From assembly GCF_000011805.1 (NCBI RefSeq), contig NC_006841.2: a stretch of 32,000 nt of DNA; one strand, given 5' to 3'. Position numbers and translations under genes: made by a program. Positions 9,386 through 18,349 of this stretch are shown in pieces; the first letter of the stretch is position 1; every line of letters begins with the position of its first letter. Below the pieces are notes generated by a model that was given only the letters and a program-made list of their open reading frames with translations, searched no databases and had not been told where the DNA came from. This DNA comes from Aliivibrio fischeri ES114 (GTDB taxonomy: Bacteria; Pseudomonadota; Gammaproteobacteria; Enterobacterales; Vibrionaceae).

Positions 9386-9765
9386 TATGCTTGCTCCTCT
9401 TGAGATGGTTTTTGAGGCGCCTGTTTAACTTGATTGACTTCTATTTGAGAGAGTTTTTCAGTTAATAGCTCTACTTGGTCATTAAGATGATTAACACGAG
9501 TTTGTAGCTCTAATTGATTGTTTTCGATTTTATGGAAGCCCCAACCACGATCTTCACGCCATAGCGTTGCCCAGATCCAAAGAAATGGCCATAAAACATG
9601 GAGAGTAAACAGACTTACCCAGCCAGCGACATGAATTGCATCAGAATGTGGGTGGTTGCGTTTGTGAGCTATCTCATAAGGAATATCATGAATGACAATG
9701 ATGCCATAGAAAATGACAAGGGCAACGAAGACCAATAAACCAAGTGCAAAATAATCTAAAAACAT
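9385..9765 (-). CDS. DUF3302-type small inner-membrane protein (YiaW/YibI-like)
   Basis: MFLDYFALGLLVFVALVIFYGIIVIHDIPYEIAHKRNHPH... two TM helices and a C-terminal coiled coil. The ATG at 9765 has an AAGGA Shine-Dalgarno 7 nt upstream, so it is preferred over the TTG at 9798. Translationally coupled to the HlyD gene. Confidence 0.72.
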   Translation of the reverse strand: MFLDYFALGLLVFVALVIFYGIIVIHDIPYEIAHKRNHPHSDAIHVAGWVSLFTLHVLWPFLWIWATLWREDRGWGFHKIENNQLELQTRVNHLNDQVELLTEKLSQIEVNQVKQAPQKPSQEEQA

Positions 9766-9871
9766 AAACGTATCCTTGTTTACCTTTATTGTTAACAAAA
9801 ACTATATTTTTTAATAACTTGAGTTTGGCATTTGTAAGAACAATACGCAAGGTTAATAAGTTTTTAGAAAC

Positions 9872-9908
9872 AAAAAAACCGACTATAAGCAAATGAGTCG
9901 GTTTTTTT
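9872..9908. terminator. Rho-independent terminator (bidirectional form) after the GGDEF gene
   Basis: aaaaaaaccgact / agtcggttttttt, 13-bp stem, 11-nt loop. Confidence 0.75.
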
Positions 9909-9931
9909 GATTGTTTTTTATACTGGGTTGG

Positions 9932-11164
9932 TTATTCGCTGACGCAGTTACGTCCACCTTCTTTGGCTCTGTATAACGCTTCGTCGGCAGCTTTAATAAC
10001 TAGCTGTGGCTTTCTTAAATCTTCGCTATCGGCAACACCAATACTAATGGTTACGTTTACGACTTTTGTTTTATTCGCTTTACCACGCTTAGCTTGTCCT
10101 TCTTTGTTATCTTTAGGACGAGTAGAAGTATCACGAATAATTAAATCATAATCAGCGATGTCTTCTCGTAACTCTTCAAGATATTCTAAACTTTGCTTTG
10201 CTGTTTTACCTTTAAATAAAACCGTAAATTCTTCGCCACCATAACGATAAACTTTCGCGTTACCACCAGTTTGAGCCATGATACTGGCAACTAACTTAAG
10301 CACGTCATCACCAGTATCGTGTCCATAAGTATCATTAAACTTTTTAAAATGGTCGACATCAAGCATTGCAATGGTGTAGGTGCGACCAAGGTGTTTCATT
10401 TCAGATTCTAGAGCTCGTCGCCCCGGAATCCCAGTTAACTGATCGATAAACGCCAATTCATGGCTTGCTGAAATAATGTAAAGAAGCAGAAGTAAGCCAG
10501 CAATTGAAAACATCGTGCTTGAGATGTAATCAACACTAAATAATGAAAAAGTAAGTGATGAATAAAGTAAGCACGTGTAAGACGCAAGATCCGTATTGTT
10601 ACTTCGAGTTAAAACGAAAATAGCGGATAAGCCACACATTACAATACTATAAAGAACAACAATAACAGGCAGAGGTGAGATTTCTGGAATATTGAGCAAA
10701 TAGGTTTGCCATATTTCAGTCATGTCATTATCAGCAAAGTGTACCGTTATTATCCAGCACCAGAAAAACATGAAGAGTAATATGCATAAATAACCCGCAC
10801 CGAACTTAGAGAAAATTCGACGTTCAGGGAAAATAAATGTAGCCATCATGCAGATAGGTAATAAAAAGGCGGTTAATGTAAATTCAATTCGTGTCGTACC
10901 GTATGATAATGGTACTTGCAACCTTTCTTGAATTATCCAATAAGCGATAGCCATACTTATCGCTATCATACCAATACGTCCTTGGTTAAAAGGCTGACTT
11001 AGTAGTAAAACGATAGATAATACAATATAGGGCAGTATATAGGAGAACCCTTGATTCTCTGATGAGAGTTGGATTATGCCATCCATTCCAGTAATCACAG
11101 ATACAACTATGATAATAGGGAGCAATAATTTAAATAAAGGATGGCTGAGAAGGTTAAAAGACAT
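9932..11164 (-). CDS. Polytopic membrane diguanylate cyclase (GGDEF domain)
   Basis: About 250 aa of hydrophobic helices followed by LTGIPGRRAL...DVDHFKKFNDTYGHDTGD...RYGGEEF...ISIGVA...ADEALYRAKEGGRN. Start is ambiguous (ATG 11164 or GTG 11212); neither has a strong Shine-Dalgarno. Confidence 0.85.
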   Translation of the reverse strand: MSFNLLSHPLFKLLLPIIIVVSVITGMDGIIQLSSENQGFSYILPYIVLSIVLLLSQPFNQGRIGMIAISMAIAYWIIQERLQVPLSYGTTRIEFTLTAFLLPICMMATFIFPERRIFSKFGAGYLCILLFMFFWCWIITVHFADNDMTEIWQTYLLNIPEISPLPVIVVLYSIVMCGLSAIFVLTRSNNTDLASYTCLLYSSLTFSLFSVDYISSTMFSIAGLLLLLYIISASHELAFIDQLTGIPGRRALESEMKHLGRTYTIAMLDVDHFKKFNDTYGHDTGDDVLKLVASIMAQTGGNAKVYRYGGEEFTVLFKGKTAKQSLEYLEELREDIADYDLIIRDTSTRPKDNKEGQAKRGKANKTKVVNVTISIGVADSEDLRKPQLVIKAADEALYRAKEGGRNCVSE

Positions 11165-11308
11165 TATTTTTTTAACTAATCCTATAAAACTAAAAAAGAA
11201 AGAGTGTGTCACTGAACTGATGAGACAATTTGTTATTCTATCAATAACGTGACTCTATTCATATGCTTACGATACACTTAATGCATTAAACAACAATAAG
11301 GTGCCTCT

Positions 11309-11668
11309 ATGGAATCAAACATTCATAATTATATGGAAGTACTCGTCAATAAACGATTTTTTGCATTGGAATTCCACCAGATTTATACGCTTGATCAAAT
11401 CGCTGACATGAAGTGCATTGCACTTAATCAGCTTCCTACACTTTATATTCGTTATAGCTTGGATATGTTAGCGGCAACTTCTCAGAAAAAATTAATGCAA
11501 TATGACGAAATGGTTGCAGCAGCGGTTGAAAATGCGGAAAAAATGATTGTAAATGATAGAAGAGAAAGAAAAGATGACTTTGATGATATTGTGATATATC
11601 GCCCTAAAGATCGTTTCGAGTTAGAGGACGAAGAAGATCCATTTTCAGGTACATTGAATTTAGATTAG
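11309..11668 (+). CDS. Small cytoplasmic ComFB-like protein
   Basis: The N-terminal NIHNYMEVLVNK and DMKCIALNQLPTLYIRY fit the ComFB pattern (N..E.LV ... ALN.LPP.Y) as I recall it. Acidic C-terminal tail. Assignment is by eye only. Confidence 0.55.
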   Translation: MESNIHNYMEVLVNKRFFALEFHQIYTLDQIADMKCIALNQLPTLYIRYSLDMLAATSQKKLMQYDEMVAAAVENAEKMIVNDRRERKDDFDDIVIYRPKDRFELEDEEDPFSGTLNLD

Positions 11669-11683
11669 TGCTAAGTAATAAAA

Positions 11684-11717
11684 AGAAAACCCATACTATG
11701 AAGTATGGGTTTTTGTT
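11684..11717. terminator. Bidirectional rho-independent terminator
   Basis: aaaacccatact-atga-agtatgggtttt between convergent genes. Confidence 0.8.
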
Positions 11718-11737
11718 TGTACGAAATAAAAGGTTAC

Positions 11738-13780
11738 TTATGCGTCTGCACTTGTAGTTGCATTTGTTGTTGCGTCTTCATTTTCAACAACAGGTGCTTC
11801 CTCTGGTTCAGGCGCAGGAAAAGCCTGAAGTGGTTTAGCAACCATATTACGAGTGTCTTCTTTTACTTCAGCTAATACGACATGAAGTTGATCGCCAAGT
11901 TTAAACGTTTCATGTTTATCAATAGAGATAATGCCTTGGTCAGCATTGCATTCGATACGTTCTTTATTATCAACGATTAATGAACCCGGAATAAATGCTG
12001 CTGCGCCATTTTCAATTAAACGTACACGCATACCGGCACGATTAATATCAAAAATTTCAGCAGTGTATTTAGTCTCTTTTTCAACTTCTGATGCTAATGT
12101 TCGACAGTATAACCAATCACTTACATTTCGTTCTGCCATGCGATGGAAGCGGCGGCTAATTGCGAGTTCTTCTCCAACGATATCATCAGGGCGTTGAACA
12201 GGCTCTTTTCCTAAAATATGAGCTTTAAGCATACGATGGTTGATCATATCGCTGTATTTACGGATTGGAGAAGTCCATGTTGCGTAAATATCTAATCCCA
12301 TAGCATAGTGAGGTAGTGGTTCATTACCTGTTTCGCTGTAGGTTTGGAATTTGCGAATACGAGCATCTAAATAAGACGTTGGTTGCTTTCCTAATAGACG
12401 ACGTAATTCACTGAAGCCTTCAAGAGTAGCAATTTGTTCTTCTGTAAAGTCGACGCCTTCCAATTGATTAACAATTTCAACAACATCTTTTAATTTGTCA
12501 GATTTAATACCAGCATGAGAGTTAAATACGCCCATATTAAATGCTGCACGTAATGTTTTACCTGCACAAATGTTTGCCGTTACCATTGCTTCTTCAACAA
12601 GCTTGTTCGCTGTACGGCGCATATCAGCATGAATAGCGATAACATCGTTGTCTTCGCTTAATTCAAAACGGTAATCAGGACGATCTGGGAAAATAACCGC
12701 GTGAGTTTCTCTCCAAGTTGTACGTACTTGAGCAAACTCATACAGTTCAGTTACTACTTGTGCGATGGTGTCATTTGGTTGCCATTTATCACAGGAGCCC
12801 GTTTCTAAGAAATCAGAAACATGGTCATAAGCTAAACGAGCGTGTGATTTGATCGTTGCCGCAAAAAAGTTGATGCTATCTTCTTGGATATTGCCGTTTG
12901 CATCAACCAATACTGTACAGCAAAGAGCAGGGCGTTCTTGGCCTTCAATTAAAGAACATAACTCATCACTTAAGTCACGAGGTAACATAGGAATATTACG
13001 ACCCGGTAGGTAGATCGTATAACCACGTTCACGCGCCACTTTATCCATACTGTCATCTGGTGTGATATAAGCGGTAGGATCTGCAATAGCAATAGTTAGT
13101 TCAAATGAACCATTTTCAAGCTTTTTGATATATAACGCATCATCCATGTCTTTGGTTGATTCGCCATCAATGGTTACGAATGGGGTTGCTGTCATATCGA
13201 CACGAACTAAATCAGCGTCGTCTTTGATCTCCCAATGTTCAATACCTTCAGGCTCTGAGTTAGGTAAATCGTTTTGAGCTAGAGTTACCCACCAAGGTGC
13301 AATTTTGTCATCGCTGTCAGTGATTTTATGGGTAATATCACATTGAAAACCTTGATCCCCTTTTAATGGGTGTTGAGTTAACTCTGCAACAACCCAGTCA
13401 CCTTCTTTAAGTGTTTCAGGGTTTACGCCTTTGCGAGTTTTTGCCTTAATAGCATTTTTTAAACTAGGGTGATCAGGCATTACTTGTAGACGTTTTTTAA
13501 ACATCTGAATACGGCCAATGAATCGGGTAATTGATTGTTCGATTAATTGATCCGGTTCTGCTTGCTCTTTTTCATTCTCTGTACGAATAAGAGCCACTAC
13601 TTTGTCACCATGCATAACTTTTTTCATTTGTGCTGGTGGGATAAAGATGCTTTTTTTCTTATCATCTGATTCTAAGAAGCCAAAGCCACGTTCAGTTGCT
13701 TTAATGGTGCCTTCTTTTTTTGGAAGTTTTTCTTGTATTTGCTGCTTCAATTGCGCAAGTAGTGGGTTATCTTGAAACAT
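11738..13780 (-). CDS. rnb: Exoribonuclease II (RNase II)
   Basis: [15 protein letters not shown]-terminus as in E. coli Rnb. CSD-RNB-S1 architecture ([35 protein letters not shown]). About 35-aa acidic/Thr-rich C-terminal extension. Confidence 0.93.
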   Translation of the reverse strand: MFQDNPLLAQLKQQIQEKLPKKEGTIKATERGFGFLESDDKKKSIFIPPAQMKKVMHGDKVVALIRTENEKEQAEPDQLIEQSITRFIGRIQMFKKRLQVMPDHPSLKNAIKAKTRKGVNPETLKEGDWVVAELTQHPLKGDQGFQCDITHKITDSDDKIAPWWVTLAQNDLPNSEPEGIEHWEIKDDADLVRVDMTATPFVTIDGESTKDMDDALYIKKLENGSFELTIAIADPTAYITPDDSMDKVARERGYTIYLPGRNIPMLPRDLSDELCSLIEGQERPALCCTVLVDANGNIQEDSINFFAATIKSHARLAYDHVSDFLETGSCDKWQPNDTIAQVVTELYEFAQVRTTWRETHAVIFPDRPDYRFELSEDNDVIAIHADMRRTANKLVEEAMVTANICAGKTLRAAFNMGVFNSHAGIKSDKLKDVVEIVNQLEGVDFTEEQIATLEGFSELRRLLGKQPTSYLDARIRKFQTYSETGNEPLPHYAMGLDIYATWTSPIRKYSDMINHRMLKAHILGKEPVQRPDDIVGEELAISRRFHRMAERNVSDWLYCRTLASEVEKETKYTAEIFDINRAGMRVRLIENGAAAFIPGSLIVDNKERIECNADQGIISIDKHETFKLGDQLHVVLAEVKEDTRNMVAKPLQAFPAPEPEEAPVVENEDATTNATTSADA

Positions 13781-14103
13781 GAGCCTTCATTATAATAGAG
13801 AAATAACGAGGTAATTTTACTATTGCACCTAATTGATTACTAGAAAACTTGGACGAAATGTACAAAAAAGAACATTTAAAGTACAAAAAACTACCAAATC
13901 TAAGAAAATGAAGCTAAATTTGTGAACTCGCTCAATTTTTTCTGGTAATTCTTGCCGTATTAGGGCATTATGCGCGCCCTGAGTTAATCCACTTTCTATA
14001 ATTTAAGTTGAATTAACCTGTCCTGTCCCGAGAGCTTGTGTGTGTGTATGGAACTTGCTGAGCAAATGGGACCTTTTTTATATGATTAATTATTGGGATC
14101 CCA
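13781..14103. promoter_or_regulatory. Divergent rnb/deaD control region including the probable long deaD 5' leader
   Basis: 323-bp non-coding gap between divergent genes. Contains duplicated gtacaaaaaa, a (TG)5 tract, a local GC-rich patch, and a 14-bp perfect palindrome spanning the deaD SD-like GGGA and the start codon. E. coli deaD is known to have a long leader. Confidence 0.5.
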
Positions 14104-16008
14104 ATGTCAGAATCTATTACTGAATTTCGCCAACTGGCTTTAGACGAATCAATCTTATCTGCACTTGATGATATGGGCTTTGTAGCTCCAACTCCTATTC
14201 AAGCAGCTTCGATTCCTCTACTTCTAGAAGGCCGTGATGCTCTTGGTAAAGCGCAAACAGGTACTGGTAAAACAGCTGCATTCTCTTTACCACTATTAAA
14301 CAAAATCAATCTTAAGCAACATAACCCACAAGCAATTATCATGGCACCAACGCGTGAACTTGCTATTCAGGTTGCTGCTGAAGTTAAAAACCTTGGTCGT
14401 AACATCAAGGGTCTTAAAGTTTTAGAGATCTACGGTGGTGCATCTATCGTTGATCAAATGCGTGCTCTAAGCCGCGGTGCTCATATCATCGTTGGTACTC
14501 CAGGCCGTGTTAAAGATTTACTAAACCGTGACCGTCTAAACTTAGGCGAAGTTCATACGTTCATCCTAGATGAAGCAGATGAAATGCTTAAAATGGGCTT
14601 TGTTGATGATGTAACTTGGATTCTTGAAAAAGCACCAGATACAGCTCAACGTATCCTTTTCTCTGCAACTATGCCTCCAATGGTTAAAACAATCGTTGAT
14701 CGTTACCTACGTGAGCCTGCTCGTGTAGACGTTGCTGGTACTAACCACACGGTTGATAAAGTAGAGCAAAACTTCTGGGTTGTTAAAGGCGTAGAAAAAG
14801 ACGAAGCAATGTCTCGTCTACTTGAAACTGAAGAAACTGATGCGTCAATCGTATTCGTTCGTACTCGTCAAGATACTGAGCGTCTAGCTGATTGGTTATC
14901 TGCTCGTGGCTTTAAAGCTGCTGCACTGCACGGTGATATCCCTCAGTCTCAACGTGAACGTACTGTTGATAACATCAAAAACGGCGTTATCGATATCCTA
15001 GTTGCTACTGACGTAGTTGCTCGTGGTCTTGATGTTCCACGTATTACTCACGTATTTAACTACGATATCCCATTTGATGTTGAATCTTACATCCACCGTA
15101 TCGGTCGTACAGGTCGTGCTGGACGTAAAGGTAAAGCGATCCTTCTAGTTCGCACAAACCAAATGCGTATGCTTCGTACAATCGAGCGTGTAACTAAGTC
15201 AACAATGGAAGAAATTCAACTTCCACATCGTGACCAAGTTGCAGAATGTCGTTTAGCTGCTTTAGCTGCTGAACTTCAAGCGGATAAAGAATTTGTTGCT
15301 CTTGATGCGTTTACTGATCTAATCAATAAACTTCAAGAAACACTAGAAATCGATGCAACTACAATTGCTGCAATGCTACTTAAGCGTCAGCAAGGCAAGC
15401 GTCCTTTATTCTACAAAGGTCCAGACCCAATGATCGCTGCTATGGAACGTGCTAAGAATCGTCGTTCTGATCGTGGCGAACGTGGTGAGCGCGGTGGCCG
15501 TGGTGATCGTCCTGAGCGTGGTGAACGTCGTCAATACAATAACGATGACTTCGATACATACCAATTAGAAGTAGGTCGTGAGCAAGGCGTTCAAGTTAAA
15601 GACATCGTAGGTGCTCTAGCTAACGAACTTGGTTTCACAAAAGGTTCTATCGGTGCAATTAAACTTGCTCCTGGCCACACATACGTACAACTTCCTAAGA
15701 AAATGTCTGCAGATGTTGCTGGCAAACTTAAGAAACTACGTATTCGTCAAAACGAAACAAAAGCGGTTGTTGTTGAAGGTGTTGACCTAACAATCGAACG
15801 TCGTCCTCGCACTGGTGGTGGTCGTGATGATAACCGTGGTGGCAATGGCCGTGGCGGTTACCGTGGTAATCGTGAAAACCGTGAAGGTGGCCGTGGTGGC
15901 GAGCGTCGTTTCGATCGCAACAAAGGTGGTGATCACCGTGGTAGTCACCGTGGCGAGCGTGCACCAGGCGGCCGTGGCCGTGGTCGCAGCGAGCGTAGCG
16001 AAGGTTAA
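14104..16008 (+). CDS. deaD: Cold-shock DEAD-box RNA helicase DeaD/CsdA
   Basis: Colinear with E. coli DeaD (AQTGTGKTAAFSLPLL, DEADEML, SAT, HRIGRTGRAGRKG, DbpA-like C-domain YQLEVGREQGVQVKDIVGA). RG/RGG-rich tail. Highly biased codon usage. Confidence 0.94.
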   Translation: MSESITEFRQLALDESILSALDDMGFVAPTPIQAASIPLLLEGRDALGKAQTGTGKTAAFSLPLLNKINLKQHNPQAIIMAPTRELAIQVAAEVKNLGRNIKGLKVLEIYGGASIVDQMRALSRGAHIIVGTPGRVKDLLNRDRLNLGEVHTFILDEADEMLKMGFVDDVTWILEKAPDTAQRILFSATMPPMVKTIVDRYLREPARVDVAGTNHTVDKVEQNFWVVKGVEKDEAMSRLLETEETDASIVFVRTRQDTERLADWLSARGFKAAALHGDIPQSQRERTVDNIKNGVIDILVATDVVARGLDVPRITHVFNYDIPFDVESYIHRIGRTGRAGRKGKAILLVRTNQMRMLRTIERVTKSTMEEIQLPHRDQVAECRLAALAAELQADKEFVALDAFTDLINKLQETLEIDATTIAAMLLKRQQGKRPLFYKGPDPMIAAMERAKNRRSDRGERGERGGRGDRPERGERRQYNNDDFDTYQLEVGREQGVQVKDIVGALANELGFTKGSIGAIKLAPGHTYVQLPKKMSADVAGKLKKLRIRQNETKAVVVEGVDLTIERRPRTGGGRDDNRGGNGRGGYRGNRENREGGRGGERRFDRNKGGDHRGSHRGERAPGGRGRGRSERSEG

Positions 16009-16030
16009 TCCTTAGCAAATAATCAAAATA

Positions 16031-16060
16031 AAAACCGAGCTCATGTAGCTCGGTTTTTTA
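16031..16060 (+). terminator. Rho-independent terminator of deaD
   Basis: aaaaccgagct-catgt-agctcggtttttt. Confidence 0.8.
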
Positions 16061-16288
16061 TGTCTGCATAAAATGGTTATATTGTTTCAAGTTCATAAAA
16101 AAGTATATAAAGGCAATAGTAGTGTGCCGTTAATATCTTAACTACATGATTAGAGCGGGTAAATAGGCGATGGTGATTTAATTATTTATAATTGAAATAG
16201 TTGTTTCTGTTTTCAATAAATAGTGATATTTTCTGAAAAATCAGCAGGGCTTGCGATTGACTGCTGTGAATACTCTTTTTATTCATAA

Positions 16289-16825
16289 ATGGAAAATAAC
16301 ATGGATAATGAAATCCGATTACGTGCTCTTGAGCAAACCGACCTTCGTTTTATTCACCAACTGAACAACAATAGATCAATCATGTCATACTGGTTTGAAG
16401 AACCGTATGAATCGTATTACGAACTCGAAGACCTATTTCGTAAGCATATTCATGATAGTAATGAGCGTCGTTTTATCGCTGAAAATGCACAGCAACAATC
16501 AATTGGTTTAGTGGAATTAGTTGAAATTAACTCCATTCACCGTAATGCTGAATTTCAAATTATCATCGCACCAGATTTTCAAGGTTGTGGTTATGCGCGT
16601 GGGTTAATCAATAAAGCCTTAAATTACGCATTTACTATTTTGAATTTACATAAAGTTTATTTGCACGTTGCGGTAAACAATGAAAAAGCGATTCATTTAT
16701 ATGAAAAATGTGGATTTGTTGAAGAAGGGCATTTGATTAAAGAGATTTTCGTAAATGGAGAATACAGTGACATTAAGCGCATGTATATTCTTCAAGATAC
16801 ATATATAAAGAATCGTAATAATTAA
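16289..16825 (+). CDS. speG: Spermidine N1-acetyltransferase
   Basis: Strong similarity to E. coli SpeG ([47 protein letters not shown]...NEKAIH.YEK.GF). Start could instead be the ATG at 16301. Confidence 0.9.
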   Translation: MENNMDNEIRLRALEQTDLRFIHQLNNNRSIMSYWFEEPYESYYELEDLFRKHIHDSNERRFIAENAQQQSIGLVELVEINSIHRNAEFQIIIAPDFQGCGYARGLINKALNYAFTILNLHKVYLHVAVNNEKAIHLYEKCGFVEEGHLIKEIFVNGEYSDIKRMYILQDTYIKNRNN

Positions 16826-16828
16826 TAG

Positions 16829-16858
16829 AAAAGGGCTTCTAATATTAGAAGCCCTTTT
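16829..16858. terminator. Bidirectional rho-independent terminator
   Basis: aaaagggcttct-aatatt-agaagccctttt between convergent speG and the FNT gene. Confidence 0.8.
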
Positions 16859-16885
16859 ATTTGCCAACCGTACGTTGTTATTTTT

Positions 16886-18349
16886 TTAAGCTACGATAGC
16901 ATCTACTTCTTCAGCTTTTACTGCTTCCATACGTTCACCGTAAATAGAGCGTAATTGGCTAACAACATCTTCACGAGTAACAACGCCAACTAATTGATTG
17001 TTTTCAATTACAGGTAAGATACGTGGTTTAGATACACGCATGTCACGAGCGCGGTCATTAATTGATAGTGTGCTGTAGCTTGTTGCAATGCCCATGTCTG
17101 TTGTTGGGTAAAGCTTTGGTTTATCAATCGCGTAGAACTCAGCTAACTGCAATAATGTGTCTTTAGGTGAGATACTTGTAATGTCTGTTTTCATTAAATC
17201 AGCAACTGTACGACCTTTTTCTGGTAGATAATCTTCACACCATAGTTCAACTAATACATCATGCTCAGAGAAGAAACCAACCACTTCACTATGACTGTTT
17301 ACAACGATTGCACCTGAAAGATGGCGGTCTAATAGGTTATCCAGTGCAACTTCTACAGGCATTTCTGGTTGAAGAACGTAAGTGTTAACATCCATAAATT
17401 GATTTACTGTTTTGTTCGCGTTCATTTTGATCATTTCCTTAGAGTCTGAATCTGTAAATAGTGGTGTAATTTGTGATGTTTCTACTGCTTTTAATTGAGG
17501 GCGAGTGAAGATTGACCAGTAAGCCAAACCAACAAGACCAGCACCACCAACGATATTTCCTAACGTTACAGGGATTAAATTTGCTGTAATAAAATTAACG
17601 ATATTTAAATCTGCGTATTGTTCAGGTGTTGCACTGACTGCAAGCCAAAACTCAGGCGGAGCAAGTTGTTGAATCGCAATACCTAAAGGAACCATAAACA
17701 TGTTTGCAACGCAGTGCTCAAAGCCACTACTAACAAACATTGCAACAGGTAAAATAACCATTACTGCTTTAGTGAGCATATTGGTTGAGCAGAAGGTTAA
17801 CCACACTGCCAAACACACTAATAAATTACATAAAATACCCAGAGCAAATGCTTCTAACGGTTGGTGATGCAATTTATGTTGAGCGATATTTAGCGCGTTC
17901 AAACCCCATTGACCACCATCGTTTTGGTACATACCAGCTGAAACAACAAGAGCGAGTAATAAACCAGCACCAATAAAGTTACCGATATATACTTTTCCCC
18001 AGATCCCTAGCATTTTGCCAAAACTGATTTGTCTATTTGCTACAGCGATTGCTGATAAAACCGAGCTTGTAAATAATTCACCGCCACCGATAACAACTAG
18101 GATCAAACCTAAACTAAAAGCTAAGCCACCAGCAAAACGACTGATACCCCAACCTGTTTCTGTATTGCCTGTCGTTACCGTTGTATAGAAAATGAATGCT
18201 ATCCCGATAAAGACACCAGCCATAATGGCTAAGCCAATTACCATGCTTGTTGGCTTCTTAGACTTAGCAAGTGCGTAATAAGCTGCTTGTTCCATCATTT
18301 CGCTGGGATTAAATTGTCCAGTTGTATTTGGACTGAGATTAGAACTCAT
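16886..18349 (-). CDS. focA: FocA-like formate/nitrite transporter (FNT) fused to a C-terminal CBS-domain pair
   Basis: Residues about 20-290 are colinear with E. coli FocA (GGLAFSLGLILVV, GQWGLNALNIAQHKLHH, LGILCNLLVCLAVW, VMVILPVAMFVSSGFEHCVANMF, NLIPVTLGNIVGG). About 190 extra C-terminal residues contain two CBS-like repeats (GAIVVNSHSEVVGFFSEHDVL; ILPVIENNQLVGVVTREDVV). AAGGAGGA Shine-Dalgarno. Confidence 0.85.
   Translation of the reverse strand: MSSNLSPNTTGQFNPSEMMEQAAYYALAKSKKPTSMVIGLAIMAGVFIGIAFIFYTTVTTGNTETGWGISRFAGGLAFSLGLILVVIGGGELFTSSVLSAIAVANRQISFGKMLGIWGKVYIGNFIGAGLLLALVVSAGMYQNDGGQWGLNALNIAQHKLHHQPLEAFALGILCNLLVCLAVWLTFCSTNMLTKAVMVILPVAMFVSSGFEHCVANMFMVPLGIAIQQLAPPEFWLAVSATPEQYADLNIVNFITANLIPVTLGNIVGGAGLVGLAYWSIFTRPQLKAVETSQITPLFTDSDSKEMIKMNANKTVNQFMDVNTYVLQPEMPVEVALDNLLDRHLSGAIVVNSHSEVVGFFSEHDVLVELWCEDYLPEKGRTVADLMKTDITSISPKDTLLQLAEFYAIDKPKLYPTTDMGIATSYSTLSINDRARDMRVSKPRILPVIENNQLVGVVTREDVVSQLRSIYGERMEAVKAEEVDAIVA

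Noticed and set aside
14037-14046. A (TG)5 dinucleotide tract in the deaD leader, considered as a phase-variation site.
   Set aside because: Five units is too short for appreciable slippage, and the tract is not in a coding frame or an obvious promoter spacer. It is mentioned only as part of the leader description.
15728-16018. A 96-aa His-rich antisense ORF (15728..16018) and a 66-aa Val-rich sense ORF in another frame (15815..16015), both inside the deaD 3' end.
   Set aside because: Both are frame artefacts of the periodic cgt/ggt/ggc codons that encode the DeaD RGG tail. Their extreme single-residue bias and complete overlap with a strongly homology-supported gene argue against coding.
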